Both the position numbers and the translations under genes were made by a program. A stretch of DNA of 64,000 nucleotides from Octopus sinensis (lineage: Eukaryota): assembly GCF_006345805.1 (NCBI RefSeq), contig NC_042998.1, positions 6,882,001-6,946,000 on the forward strand. Direction: 5' to 3'. Numbering within the stretch: the stretch's first letter is position 1; the number at the start of each line of letters is the position of its first letter. The notes under the pieces were generated by a model. The model saw only the letters and a list, made by a program, of their open reading frames with translations, ran no database searches and was not told the DNA's origin. This document shows, one piece after another, positions 1 through 12,250 of this stretch.

Positions 1-315
1 TGTGTGTGTCTCTACAAGCATATATACATGTAGACCATTTCTGAAGACTGTGAAATATGATTTGAGGGAGATTACTTTAACATTTCTATAATGATGTCCG
101 ACTGTTATTTGTTTATGATGACAATTAAGCCCTAATTAACACTTTAATTAAGTAATATGTGATAGCTTAGTTTCCAATACCTAAAATGGTGATGAGTTGG
201 TAGGGGTCAAAGTTGAGTTTTATATCCTTATTCATTTTGTTGTTCGTGTGAAGGAGTTGAAATGAATTGCTGCTAAACGCAAAATGGCCAGGATCCACTT
301 AATCAATTGTGTTAC

Positions 316-347
316 CTCTGTAAAAAATCTGTGGCCTTCTGCTAAGG
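316..347 (-). CDS. Candidate 32-nt coding exon of unidentified minus-strand gene (S-LSRRPQIFYR)
   Basis: Minus strand attgatttgtag|CCTTAG...TACAGAG|gtaaca; open in the phase (2->1) required by the upstream candidate exon 898-935. Confidence 0.33.
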
Positions 348-376
348 CTACAAATCAATACTGTTTATGATTTTGA

Positions 377-431
377 TCTCTCTCTCTTTCTCTCTCTCTT
401 TCTCACTCTTTCTCTCTCTCTTTCTCAGTCT

Positions 432-478
<47 letters not shown>

Positions 479-500
479 ATTTATCTATCTATATATATAT
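377..500. repeat. (CT)n/(CTAT)n/(AT)n compound microsatellite
   Basis: Directly visible. Confidence 0.95.
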
Positions 501-897
501 ATGTATATTTCATATTTATACATTTACCTATCAATTTATCTACCTTTTTGTCTCACCTTCTTTATTGCATTCACATTTCTCTTGTTATTTAATGTACATC
601 TCAAATATTTGATTGTGTGTGTGTTTGTGTGTGTCCATGTGTGTGTGACATAAAGGTGTGCTTGTGTGCACTTGCGTGCATGTGCATGTTAACTTGTCTA
701 GATGTGTGGTCGTGCGTGTGTGTCTAAGCAGATGTCCTCTGTATGCTTGCTGTTGTTTTTCTTTTTCCCTCCGCAATATTGTCAGAGGTTGAATGGTTTT
801 GCAAACTCAAGCATTAACATAAATTTATTTCTGTACATTATAAAACAGATAACTAAGACAAGCATTCAACCATAAATTAAATATTGTTTGCATTTAC

Positions 898-935
898 CTG
901 TTTGATATACTTTTCAAAAGAGTATAGAATTCTTT
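898..935 (-). CDS. Candidate 38-nt coding exon (KEFYTLLKSISN)
   Basis: gaatattactccag|AAAGAA...AAACAG|gtaaat; open in phase 0->2, matching the phase-0 end of exon 2205-2290. Confidence 0.4.
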
Positions 936-1487
936 CTGGAGTAATATTCATGCATATTTATTTTGTGAGTGTGTGTGTACGAGTGAGTGATATATGTACA
1001 CAAATACATATATGTCTACATAGGTATGTATATATGTGTATATATATATAATCTTCATCATTTAATGTCCACTTTTTCATGCTTGCATGGGTCGGGCAGA
1101 AGTTATTAATGCAGATTTTCTACAGGTGGATACTTTTAATGTCATCAACCCTCACCTGATTCCAAGCAACATATTATTTCCTTACTGCTAGATATGTCTT
1201 TCACAGAAGACTGGGAATGAACCAGATTGTTTGTGTGATGATTTTATAACCATAACATGACAAGGAGACTCACAAAGCAAGACAAGGGTACACGCAAAAC
1301 ACAGACCTGAAAAAAGACCACACCACACATTAGGAAGGGCATCCAGTCATAGAAACTATGCCAAGGATGACACAAGGGCTTGACACAGTCCTGCAGCTTG
1401 CCGGTTCCCTGTCAAATTGTCCTACCCATGCCAGCATGGAAAACAGATGTTAAATGATGATAATAATGAAATATATATTTATTAGGG

Positions 1488-1764
1488 TGGAGGTGCAATG
1501 GCCCAGTGGTTAGGGCAGCAGACTCGCGGTCGTAGGATCGTGTGTGTTTATTGAGCGAAAACATCTAAAAGCTCCACGACGCTCCGGCAGGGGGTGGTGA
1601 TCCCTGCTGTACTCTTTCACCAATCTTTCTCCCACTCTTTCGTCTGTTGGCCTGCTCGCTTAGCCAGCGGGGTGGCGTCATTCAAAGGCTAAAACAATGT
1701 GAAGCGCATTGTGACCAGCGATGTGTAGCAACATCTGATGGTCTGGTCGGTCACGTGATGTGTG
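1488..1764 (+). mobile_element. tRNA-derived SINE (family C), internally deleted around the B-box
   Basis: Head ggaggtgcaatggcccagtggttagggcagc (A-box-like); 13-bp TSD atatttattaggg at 1475-1487 and 1765-1777; homologous copies at 4162-4318 and 47995-48307. Confidence 0.85.
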
Positions 1765-2204
1765 ATATTTATTAGGGGTTTCTTCTCATTTCCATCAAAA
1801 GAACTCATTTACAAGACTTTAGTTAGTTTAGGGCTATAAAAGAAGATACTTGCTCAAGGTATATTGCAGTGGAACTGAACCTGAGACCACATGACTGGGA
1901 ATGCTTCCTTGCATTTTAACCCCACAGCACAGCTACACCAATTAGCCAAGGCTTCACCTATGTATGTGTGTCATTATTCAGTTTATTTCAAGATTTCTTG
2001 CCAATAGAGAAAGAACCGGTTTCTAACCTAGATCCAAGGTTCCTCCATTGGAATTTCAACATCAACAACAAGGTATTTTTGTTTGTATGTATGTATGTAT
2101 GTATGTATTCTCATGCATATAGATAATACACAGATTAGACATCTATGAATTTGATGAGAGTCTAGTGATGAAAATGTAGCAACAGTCAGTTTGATGTGAC
2201 TTAC

Positions 2205-2290
2205 CTTTGGCTCATATTTACTATAAGGGTTCAAACTTTTAGGTAAAACATCTTCATGTTCTAATAGATATCCTGGTAAAGACTGTTCCA
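2205..2290 (-). CDS. Candidate 86-nt coding exon of unidentified gene (V-EQSLPGYLLEHEDVLPKSLNPYSKYEPK)
   Basis: aatcacttttcag| acceptor and AAG|gtaagt consensus donor; only one of three frames open; non-repetitive sequence; product not recognised. Confidence 0.62.
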
Positions 2291-2346
2291 CTGAAAAGTG
2301 ATTTACAGCTTTTCATCAGGTATAAGGTTTGTTATATTGTAAGGAG

Positions 2347-2667
2347 CACTCTGTCGGTTGCGACGACGAGGGTCCCAGCTGATACGATCAACGGAACACC
2401 TTGCTCGTGAAATTAACGTGCAAGTGACTGAGCAATCCACAGACACGCGTACCCCTAATGTAGTTCTCAGGGAGATTCAGCGTGACACAGAGTGTGACAA
2501 GGCTGACCCTTTGAAATACAGGTACTACTCATTTTTGCCAGCTGAGTGGACTGGAGCGACATGAAATAAAGTGTCTTGCTCAAGGTCACAACACATAGCC
2601 AGGAATCAAACTCACGACCTTACAATCGTGAGCCGAATGCCCCAACCACTAAGCGACGCACCTTCAC
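2347..2667 (-). mobile_element. tRNA-derived SINE (family D, CORE-like central domain)
   Basis: Minus head gtgaaggtgcgtcgcttagtggttggggcattcggctcacgattgtaaggtcgtgagtttgattcc; CORE-like gtgaccttgagcaagacactttatttcat; ~13-bp TSD atattgta(a)aggag at 2334-2346 and 2668-2681. Confidence 0.85.
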
Positions 2668-2699
2668 ATATTGTAAAGGAGATAGTTAAATGCATGGAG

Positions 2700-4130
2700 A
2701 GATATCCCTAATGCCTTTGTCATATTTCCTTTGTCATATTTCTGGCATCTTTCTTAAATGAGTAGGCAATCTAAATGAATGTTTCAGGTAAGATGGTATG
2801 GTGTTGTTTTAGTCTGAGTAATAATACTTGGTATAACACCCAAACTGCTACCTGAGTGACTGAAAAAATAGGAATCTTTGATTTGAGGCAGTGTTGTTAT
2901 GGAATACTGGTAAGGGCATCGGTGGTTGTATTATCTTTGCTAAGTATGGATTAGGTGTCATAATTGCAGGGTGATAATTCTACCTGCCAATGAAGAATTT
3001 TATTCTTCATTCTGTGCGTAATGGAAAATAGCATCAAAATAAAATAGCTCACCATTTTCTCATTCTTCCTGTGATAGCCATATTCTTCTTTTCAATTAAT
3101 AAGAGATTTTGTTCTGGCCGAGAAAGAGTTCTAGAGAAGATGACAGGTTTATTATGCTGCAAAAGGACACCTGAAATTGTTGTTCCAGAAGCATCAGTTT
3201 CTACAAGTAATGAAACTTTAGATAAGAACAGGTGAGAAAGAGGCATTAATTATTGATGCTTTAAACAGGTGAATAGCATTTAGGTGTCTTTTTTGCAACA
3301 GAAATGTAGAATTTAGTAAAGATTGAATTCATTCCAAGAATGGAAATGCTCATTTAGTGTAGTAACCAAACAAACCTATAGTCATCGCTGTTTAGCATTG
3401 CAACGCATTAAGTAATCAATCACAAAGGGTTTCCATCATTCCAGGTCAGGTTACAGAGAATTATTTTCTATTTTGTATCCTAGGTTACAAATGGATGTTT
3501 GGTGGAGAAAACATTTATCATTGTTCAATGCAATGTTGAGTCTTTTAATAACTGGAATAAATTTAGCCAAGTTCTTATTATGATCCTTAATAGTTTTCCC
3601 AATGACAATATAACATCGTTGGAGTCGGCCTAAACTCCTTTGATATTATTGTCGGTAATTATGTCATCCATCACTCCTTGAAAGATACTTAGAGCATTAG
3701 TCAAGCTAAAATGTAATCGTGTAAACTGGAATAAGTGTCCATAAGCTTTAAATGCAGTATATCTCTTATTGTGAACCTTGGAATGGAATATGATTGTGTG
3801 CAGCTTTCAGATCCAGATTACTATAGAATTTATTACTGGACATCGAATGCATGGGGGTTTTTAATATAAAGAAATTGGACAGGCATCTAGAAAGTAATAC
3901 TGATTTATTATTTGTAAAAGAGTCGGCACAAGACATATTCTGCTATGGATTCTTCTTCCTGCTACTCGTGTCTCTATGAAGAGACTGAGGGACTGATAAT
4001 AAAACCGTCAAGGGAATGATGCTCTACTGATTTCCTCCCAAAATATATCTCAGTAGTTACAGACCAAAATTTGCATGTGTGATGAGGAGGCGAAGATTTA
4101 CTGTTTTTGTGTCTCAAACTGGAAATTGCA
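2700..4130 (-). mobile_element. Degenerate Ty3/gypsy LTR-retrotransposon pol (RT - RNase H - start of integrase)
   Basis: RT-like YTAFKAYGHLFQFTRLHFSLTNALSIFQGVMDDII (~3660-3770); RNase H ETDASGTTISGVLLQHNKPVIFSRTLSRPEQN (ORF 3049-3246); KILHWQVELSPCNYD..KDNTTTDALT downstream; many stops and frameshifts; no LTRs seen. Confidence 0.85.
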
Positions 4131-4161
4131 AAAACTAGTTTCTACTGTTTAAAATATATTC

Positions 4162-4315
4162 TTTCACCACAACTTTCTCTCACTCTTTCTTCTGTTGGCC
4201 TGCTTGCTTAGCCAGCAGCGTGGCATCATTTGAAGGCTAAAACAATGTGAAGTGCATTGTGACCAGCGATGTGTAGCAACATCTGATAGCCTGGTCAGTC
4301 ACAGTGATCATGGTG

Positions 4316-4318
<3 letters not shown>
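4162..4318 (+). mobile_element. 3' fragment of SINE family C
   Basis: Near-identical to 1612-1764. Confidence 0.8.
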
Positions 4319-4349
<31 letters not shown>

Positions 4350-4829
4350 TTGTGTGTGTGTGTGTATGTATAATTCTGTGTGTCTTTGTGTTTGTCCCCT
4401 GCCTCTGCTTGCTAGTATCCTTGTAACTTAGCAGGGTGGCAAAAGAGGCTGATAGACTAAGTACTAGTACTTAAGAATAAGCACTGGGGTTCATTCATGT
4501 CACTAAAAACTTTCAAGGAGTGCCCCAGCATTGCCACAGTCCAATGACTAAAATGAGTAAAAGTGTGTGTGTGTATGAGGCGACTGTTGTTATCATTAGG
4601 CCTAACTCATCCTAAACCAAATATGACCACGAGCAATATCCAAGCCACTGGAATTGGTTAAAAAGAGACATTGAGCAATGGCTAGAAGCATACTGAACAA
4701 AACCTGATAACCAGTTGATCTAGCAAATGGAGCTTAATTTCGAGTGGGGTCAGTGTGCAATGATGCCTTTGAGAGGTAGGTCCTGAAATGGCCTATGCTC
4801 TCTCCCGATGACCTCATAAACATGCTAGC

Positions 4830-5215
4830 ATCCAGTATGTGGAGCTTTCGACCAGTAGCACTTGCAAAAAACCTATGATTATGTATTCATTTTGCAAGAC
4901 ACTCCAAGAGTGTAGTGGGTGCTTTTACGTGCCACTGGCAGGAGGGCCAGTCAGGTAGTACTGGCAACAGCCAAACTCAAGGTGTGTTTATTTACATGCC
5001 ACCTGCACAGGAACTAGTCCAGCAGCCCTGGCAATGACCTCGCTCGACTGTTTTTCACTTGCCACTGGCACAAGTGCCAATAGACCGACACTGGTAACGA
5101 TCACGTTTGAATGGTGCATTTTACGTGCCACCAGCATGGAAGCCAGTCAGCTGCTCTGGCAGCGATCACGCTCAGATGGTACTCTTAGCGCTCCACTGGC
5201 ACAGGTGCCAGTCAT
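4830..5215 (-). mobile_element. Degenerate copy of RTE-tailed repeat (family E)
   Basis: gtgtagtgggtgcttttacgtgccac motif shared with 38620-38930 and 58695-58960. Confidence 0.6.
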
Positions 5216-5419
5216 CATACATACATACATACATACATAAATAAACTTATTTGTGTGTTTGTGTTTTATGCATAACTGTTTGTATGGTTATGCATACATA
5301 ATTTGGATCCACCATACTGATTTAATATCACTTCCACCACCATGCTCTCAAGTGCTTTTATTAAAGGTAAACTCTGCTGCGAGGATTTGATCCAAGGTTA
5401 TTTTCTCCCATCGTTCCAC

Positions 5420-5466
5420 CTGAGAGGCGCTGCAAAAGGTCAAAAGGTCTGCTATTCTTCGTCTGA
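5420..5466 (-). CDS. Candidate 47-nt coding exon (C-QTKNSRPFDLLQRLS)
   Basis: Strong acceptor ttgtatttttatatcttag|; donor CAG|gtggaa is weak; phase 2->1 links exons 6317-6366 and 2205-2290 without a stop. Confidence 0.45.
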
Positions 5467-5589
5467 CTAAGATATAAAAATACAACTAAAGAAATGGAAA
5501 TATTTTTATTCATTTCAAAACTGTATTTCGAAGTATAGAGTCACAATGTATTCTGCATCTATCATAAATTATTCTTATCCCATTTGTGT

Positions 5590-5741
5590 GTATACACAGA
5601 TACATACAGGCACAGACACACACACACACATGCACACATACTCACACACTCATACACATAATTATATGTATATATATCTATGTGTATATATATATATAGC
5701 TAGCTAGCTAGATAGATATACACACATATGAGTGTATGTAT

Positions 5742-5774
<33 letters not shown>

Positions 5775-6010
5775 CACATACACACACATATATGTATACA
5801 TACATATATGTGAATGTATGTATATGTATATACTTATGTGTGTATACATGTGTGTGTGTGTATGAATATATATGTGTGTGTATATGTGCATGTGTATGTA
5901 TGTATGTATATGTATATATATGTGTGTATACACACATAAAAGTGTATGTATGTGTGTGTATACGTACATACATGTGAATATATGTATATGCATGCACACA
6001 CACACATGTA
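5590..6010. repeat. (CA)/(TA)/(TATG) compound microsatellite
   Basis: Directly visible. Confidence 0.95.
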
Positions 6011-6316
6011 CATTTTAAATACCACTGGAATTATAAAGGTGGTTGTTGTTTTCTGTTCTTGATTTTAAAAGATTATGTGACTCACATCAACTAAGTAAAT
6101 GGTATTTCTCTATTTCCTTCTCTCATTTTGTCATTTTATTATTTTTGCTTCAAAAAGAAATTCTGGAGAGGGAGAAGCATCATTGCATAAGATTAAATCG
6201 TTCATTGTGGTATTTACTTCGGTAATTCTACATTCTGAGTTCAAATCCTTCCAAGGTCAAGTTAATCTCATATCGTTTGAATTTGATAAAATAAATTTGA
6301 ACGATATCTTGGTTAC

Positions 6317-6366
6317 CATTTAGTCAGCAACATCTTGAGATCATAAGATGGTAGCATCCTGCTAAT
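6317..6366 (-). CDS. Candidate 50-nt coding exon (ISRMLPSYDLKMLLTK)
   Basis: cttttgttttcag| acceptor, ATG|gtaacc donor; only one frame open (phase 0->2). Confidence 0.55.
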
Positions 6367-6692
6367 CTGAAAACAAAAGATATGTATGTATTTTAAAAGA
6401 ATTAATTTCCTTTCAAAGTAGAGAACAGGCTTTTAAACATCAGAAATGATAAAATAATAAAAAAAACTTCATTATATTTATTATGATATGATGTTCATCA
6501 ACATCGTTGGTTTAATGTTCACTTTTTAATGTTTGCATGGGTTGGATGGAGTATATTTGAGGTAGATTTTCCACAGCTGGATGCTCTTCCCATCACTAAT
6601 CCTCACTTGTCTTCATGTAAGGTAATATTTTCCCATAGCCAGACATGTTCTCGCTGAATATTGGAAATGAGTGGCACTGCTTGTTTGATAGT

Positions 6693-6726
<34 letters not shown>

Positions 6727-7181
6727 TCTCGCAATACCAAGGCAAGGAGACACAAACACACACACACATACACACACACACACACACACACCTATCTCGC
6801 AATACCAAGGCAAGGAGACACAAACACACACACACATACACACACACACACACACACACCTATCTCGCAATACCAAGGCAAGGAGACACACACACACACA
6901 CATACACACACACACACACACACACCTATCTCGCAATACCAAGGCAAGGAGACACAAACACACACACACATACACACACACATACATACACACACACACA
7001 CACACCTATCTCGCAATACCAAGCAAGGAGACACAAACCACACACACATACACACACACATACACACACACACACACCACACCTATCTCGCATACCAAGC
7101 AAGGAGACACAAACACACACACACATACACACACACACCCACACACACACACACTATCTCGCAATACCAGGCAAGGAGACA

Positions 7182-7219
<38 letters not shown>

Positions 7220-7268
7220 TCTCGCAATACCAAGGCAAGGACACAAACACACACACACATACACACAC

Positions 7269-7299
<31 letters not shown>

Positions 7300-7345
7300 C
7301 CTATCTCGCAATACCAAGGCAAGGACACACAAACACACACACACT
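6693..7345. repeat. Composite minisatellite: 9 copies of CCTATCTCGCAATACCAAGGCAAGGAGACACAAAC separated by variable (CA)n tracts
   Basis: Cores at ~6723, 6791, 6859, 6925, 7005, 7082, 7154, 7216, 7300. Confidence 0.95.
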
Positions 7346-7384
7346 CACATACACATGTATACCTGAAAATACTGATACAATATC

Positions 7385-7530
7385 TTCTTTCGGTTTTCAT
7401 CAACCAAATTCACTCACAAGGCTTTGGTTGACCCCAGGGCTATAGCAGAAGAAACTTGCCCAAGATTCCATGCCATAGGACTGAACTTAGAACCATGTGG
7501 CTGAGGAACAAGCTTCTTTACAGCACAGCC
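7385..7530 (-). mobile_element. 5' half of SINE family B, degenerate
   Basis: accaaattcactcacaaggctttggttgacc...accatgtgg matches the reverse complement of the family B head. Confidence 0.7.
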
Positions 7531-7903
7531 CTCTGCACCTTGCACAACACTTGAGCATAACTTCCTGCACTTCTTAAGAGAAAATAAAACGAATTAAGAT
7601 TTACAGTGACTGAAGAGTAGCTTTTAAGCACATTTTCTTATTTCAAGTATATATTTTAGTTATTCCTAGTTTTGTTTAGCCTTAGGTCAGCCGTGGTTAA
7701 GGAGGCTTATGATTAAAGCTTCTCCAACAATGGTCATCTCATTTTTCTTTCCTTTTTCTGTTTTTTTTTTTTACCAGCTATAATAAACCAAAGAGTCTAC
7801 ATTAATTAGATTTGTCCCTCCTGACTGAGCAGGATATGAATGAGAATTTTCTCTCCTTCCTTTTGAAACAGAATTTGTGTGAGATTTTTCATCTACATCT
7901 CAC

Positions 7904-7937
7904 AGGCTGAGTGATCATATAAATGTTGGATTGATAT
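7904..7937 (-). CDS. Candidate 34-nt coding exon (YQSNIYMITQP)
   Basis: ~40-nt AG-free polypyrimidine tract then aag|; CCT|gtgaga donor; phase 2->0 fits exon 6317-6366. Confidence 0.35.
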
Positions 7938-8146
7938 CTTTGCAAAAGACAAAAAAAAAACCAAAAAACAAAACAAAAAAAGAAAATCAGATGTCTACCG
8001 TTAATTTTATGTCAATGTGTTTGAAACTTCGTAAGATGTCCGATCAATAGGAACATAGCACATAGCACAAACATTGATCAAGTGAAGTCATTAACTTCTG
8101 TATATTTGCATGTCATCCATAGAAAACTACATTCTGATAATGTTAC

Positions 8147-8200
8147 TTAAGATCAGACTGGTTTTGGTTTGTATATTTTGTGGAGTAAACAAAAATGTTG
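8147..8200 (-). CDS. Candidate 54-nt coding exon (NIFVYSTKYTNQNQSDLK)
   Basis: Pyrimidine-rich ...ctgcactgcag| acceptor, TAA|gtaaca donor; open in phase 2->2. Confidence 0.25.
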
Positions 8201-8351
8201 CTGCAGTGCAGGCAGATATCAACAGGTGAAGGGGAAAAAATGAAAATATAAGCTATAACAAGGTAGTATATGAAAGTAAAATGTCAAAGGATATAAGGTG
8301 TTGATCTAACGGCTGTATATCATTATTGTTATACTAATCATAACTGCAAAA

Positions 8352-8585
8352 AAGGTGGTGAGCTGGCAGAAACGTTAGCATGCCAGGCGAAATGCTTAGC
8401 GGTATTTCGTCTGTCGTTACGTTCTCAGTTCAAATTCCGCTGAGGTCGACTTTGCCTTTCATCCTTTCGGGGTCGATAAATAAAGTACCAGTTTCGAACT
8501 GGGGGTCGATGTAAGCGACTTAATCCCTTTGTCTGTCCTTGTTTGTCCCCTCTGTGTTTAGCCCCTTGTGGGCAATAAAGAAATA
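8352..8585 (+). mobile_element. tRNA-derived SINE (family A; central domain resembles the Meta domain)
   Basis: aaggtggtgagctggcagaaacgttagc...gaggtcgactttgcctttcatcctttcggggtcgataa...gtaaagaaata; about 10 copies in the window. Confidence 0.88.
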
Positions 8586-9003
8586 TATACTAATCATAAC
8601 TACAAAATTGCAGGATTATCATAACATTTTATCTCCTCGCCTGTAAATCTCTTTTTACACTTCCACAATCTTTTATCTTTTAGTTGCTTCTGTCATTTCA
8701 CTGCAGCCATGCTGGGGTCATGCCTTATATATTTTAGTGGAATGAATCAACCCCCAGGACTTTTTTGTTTTTAAGCATGGCACTTGTGCTATTGGTCTCA
8801 TTTTTTGCTGAACCATTAAGTTATATGAACATAAACAAACCAACACCGGTCGTCAAGTAGTAGTGGAGGACAAACAGAGACACAAAGACACACACGATTA
8901 CACACACACTCACACACATACACACACACACACTCACACACATACACACACTCATATATATACTATATATATATATATACACAACAGGCTTCTTTCAGTT
9001 TCT

Positions 9004-9236
9004 TATTTCTTTATTGCCCACAAAGGGCTACACACAGAGGGGACAAACGAGGACAGACAAAGGGATTAAGTGGATTACATCGACCCCAGTGTGTAACTGG
9101 TACTTAAGTTATTGACCCCGAAAGGATGAAAGACAAAGTTGACCTCAGCGGAATTTGAATTTTGAACCTAACAACAGACGAAATGCCGCTAGGCATTTCG
9201 CCTGGCATGCTAACGTTTCTGCCAACTCGCTGCCTT
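9004..9236 (-). mobile_element. SINE family A
   Basis: Reverse complement of 8352-8585; followed by a family B fragment (9240-9370). Confidence 0.85.
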
Positions 9237-9644
9237 TCAGTTTCTGCCAACCAAATCCACTCGCAAGGATAAAGTAAAGGACACTTGCCAAAGTTGCTGC
9301 ATCGTGGGACTGAACCCGGAACCATACAATTGGGAAGCAAGCTACTTACCACAGAGATACATCTATGCTTATATATGTGGTTTCTATGAAACTCATTTCA
9401 CAACCATTTGGGTTTGGATTTGATCATCTGTATGGCACCTCAGGCCGCAAGTACTTTTTGCAACAACTTTGAGCTGACCAATCATAGAAATTTGGGAGAT
9501 GGGAGATGGAAATTGTATGGAAACCTATAGTCTGTGTGTGCATATATATATATATATATAATAATTATTTGAGGGAATATTAATCCTAACTTACAGGGAA
9601 AAAAATTCAATTTAGAAATACTAAATCAAATTTCACACAATATA

Positions 9645-9675
<31 letters not shown>

Positions 9676-10795
9676 TAGAAATGAACAATTAAATTACCCC
9701 ATCTAGAAAATTACATATAATAGAAATATTAAAATTAAAATAACAATAAAATACCAATGGTTAAGTAAATTGCAAAAAAATAATAAAAACGTATTTTATT
9801 GGTAGAATAACAATATATATATATATACACACACATGCACACATGAACTACACACACACAACACATGCACTCACTATACATTCACATAAGCAGGCATACA
9901 TGTGTGTATGTATCCACATGTCTTTGCTTTGACATTGTTCAGCCTAGGGTGATAATATTTGTGCACATCATAAACGGAAAATTCAGCAGTTTGATGGTAC
10001 ATGTCAAATCATGGAATAAAGTGCATTACTTGGAAACGAGTAAAGTTTGATATCAGGAAGATCTCCTAGCCATAGAAACTGCTCGAAGACATCATGTCCA
10101 CCCATGCCATCCAGTATCGGTAAAAGACAGATACAAAAATCGATGTCGGTAAAATCGGTGTTGATCATGATATGCAGAGTCATAGTTTCTTTACAAATGA
10201 AATTACCTTTTTTCCTTTCACATTCTTTATTCTGACCTACACTTGAAAGAAGCACCATGCTATAGAGCTCCTCCCTCTGCTTTTCCCTCCTCTTCTTTCA
10301 TCTTCATTATCGCACAATCATTATCATCATGTGCTTCATCACCATCACCATCAATTTTATTCTTATCATAAGCCTCCTTATCATCATTGACACCATCATC
10401 ATCCTCGTCATAATCATTGTGATTGTCTTCAACTATTTAGCTAATAAGTACTTTTCATTTCTCATAATAATGTTACAAAATCTAATAACCAATGTTAGGC
10501 GTAAAATTAAAGTTAAAGAAATCAATAATGTCACTCGAACAAATTGACTGCTTAATTACTATTTCGATTCGTTCCTTTTTGCTATTTGATTATTAAGTTT
10601 TAAGTGGAGAATTCAAAGAATATTTATATATATATATATATAAATGAGACAAAAGTACTTTTTATCTGCTTATTAACACCAAAACCCCCATCTAGATAAA
10701 GTATAAAACTGTGTTGTGTTTGTCCATGATTTAGATGCAAAAGAAATTATGTATGAATTTAAGAAATCACTCATAACATTATATATGTATGAGTA

Positions 10796-10980
10796 TAAGG
10801 TGGTGAGCTGGCAGAAATATTAGCAGCTCACCAGGCAAAATGCTTAGTGGTATTTCGTCTGTCTTTACGTTCTGAGTTCAAATTCCACCAAGGTCGACTT
10901 TGCCTTTCATCCTTTCGGAGTCGATGAATTAAGTACCAGTTGCATACTGGGGTCGATCTAATTGATTGGCACTCCTCCTC
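10796..10980 (+). mobile_element. SINE family A variant with a different 3' end
   Basis: Same head and central domain, ends cactcctcctccaaaatt. Confidence 0.8.
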
Positions 10981-11104
10981 CAAAATTTTAAAATTTGTGC
11001 CTGCAGTATATATGTAAGTGTGTGTATATATACATACATTTATATATATATATATGTATATATATTCTGACCTACATTCTACAGTTCATAGTCATACCAC
11101 CTTC

Positions 11105-11500
11105 ATGGTGACCTCAGTAGCACAGGGGGAATGAAAACAATAAAAGCACCCTGTTCATGCTGTAAAGTGGTTGGCATTAGGAACACTAGTGTAGCTGGGG
11201 GAGGGGCAGAAGGGGGATGGTAAGGGCAGTCTGCCCTGGGTGGCACTTTTAAAGGGGCGACACTTTTGGATCTGCTGTAGGTAACATGTGTTTTTTGTGG
11301 GTTCTGGGGGCAGGAAACAGAAGGGCCACCCCAGATGGCACACATTCTAGCTACACTAGTGATCAGGAAGGGCATCCAGCCATAGAAACCATTCCTAAAT
11401 AGACATTGGAACATGATGCAGTTCTTTGACACATTGAATCCTATTAAACTGTCCAAACCATGCCAGCATGGAACATGAATATAAAATGATGATGATGATA
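11105..11500 (+). mobile_element. RTE-tailed repeat (family E) interrupted by a hAT MITE
   Basis: gtggttggcattaggaa...gggcatccagccatagaaac...ccatgccagcatggaa...(gat)n. Confidence 0.75.
11184..11361. mobile_element. hAT-type MITE (178 bp)
   Basis: Perfect 13-bp TIR CACTAGTGTAGCT/AGCTACACTAGTG; 8-bp TSD attaggaa/atcaggaa (7/8), the hAT hallmark. Confidence 0.82.
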
Positions 11501-11502
11501 TA

Positions 11503-11553
<51 letters not shown>

Positions 11554-12043
11554 GGCGGTGCCCCAGCAAATGGCGGTGTACCAGCATGGCCACAGCTTGT
11601 GAGCTGAAACTAAATAAAATAAATAAAAAAAAAGAAAAATATATATTTACCATGGAAAATGGATGTTAAATTATGATAATGATAATGTATATATATATAT
11701 AGACATGCATGCACACGGCCACCCATCCCCACTGAATGCGTGTATGTGTTGCATGCATATACATACATATACATAAATTTACGCTAGTTTGAGTGACAGT
11801 GATGATTCAAATGTGTATAAGCTGAATAATGTTCAGGCAATTTTGTATTCATGTCCACATAACCTTCACCAATATTATTGCTGTTTTATTGTTTTTCCTA
11901 ATTAGTTTGTTTTGTTTCTTTTTTGGCTTAGTAACCTCATTAACTCCTTTTTTAGCTAAGAGCTTTACATTCACAATGTTAATATATGGAGCTTGTATAT
12001 TTGGTTCTAATCAAGACATGTTTGTATCTTTAAAAAGGTTGAT

Positions 12044-12250
12044 TTAGTTAGTTAGTTAGTTAGTTAGTTAATTTGGCTCAAAAGCAAATAGCAAGGCCAT
12101 GTAGGGGGACATGGAGTTAAGTACAGGGTGGTGTTCATGTAAAGAGTTCAGGCCAGTTGAGGTCCAGGGAGGCTTTGAACAAAGCGGTCGTCGGCATCTT
12201 CACCATCTCGTCTGGCAGCTTGTTCCACGGATCCGCTTGTTCCACGGATT
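12044..12250 (-). mobile_element. 5'-truncated CR1-type LINE 3' end
   Basis: Minus DPWNKLPDEMVKMPTTALFKASLDLNWPELFT* (CR1 C-terminal WN.LP..VV......FK..LD motif), short 3' UTR, (CTAA)n tail; gcttgttccacggat duplicated at the 5' junction. Confidence 0.75.

Noticed and set aside
1488-1560. tRNA-like sequences at SINE heads (also 2590-2667, 31684-31760, 48230-48307)
   Set aside because: They run into SINE bodies, have TSDs and lack a complete cloverleaf; not tRNA genes
6645-7445. 266-aa His/Thr-rich ORF and a CRISPR-like repeat-spacer look
   Set aside because: Spacers are just (CA)n tracts, there are no cas genes, and the context is eukaryotic; the ORF is a translation of the minisatellite
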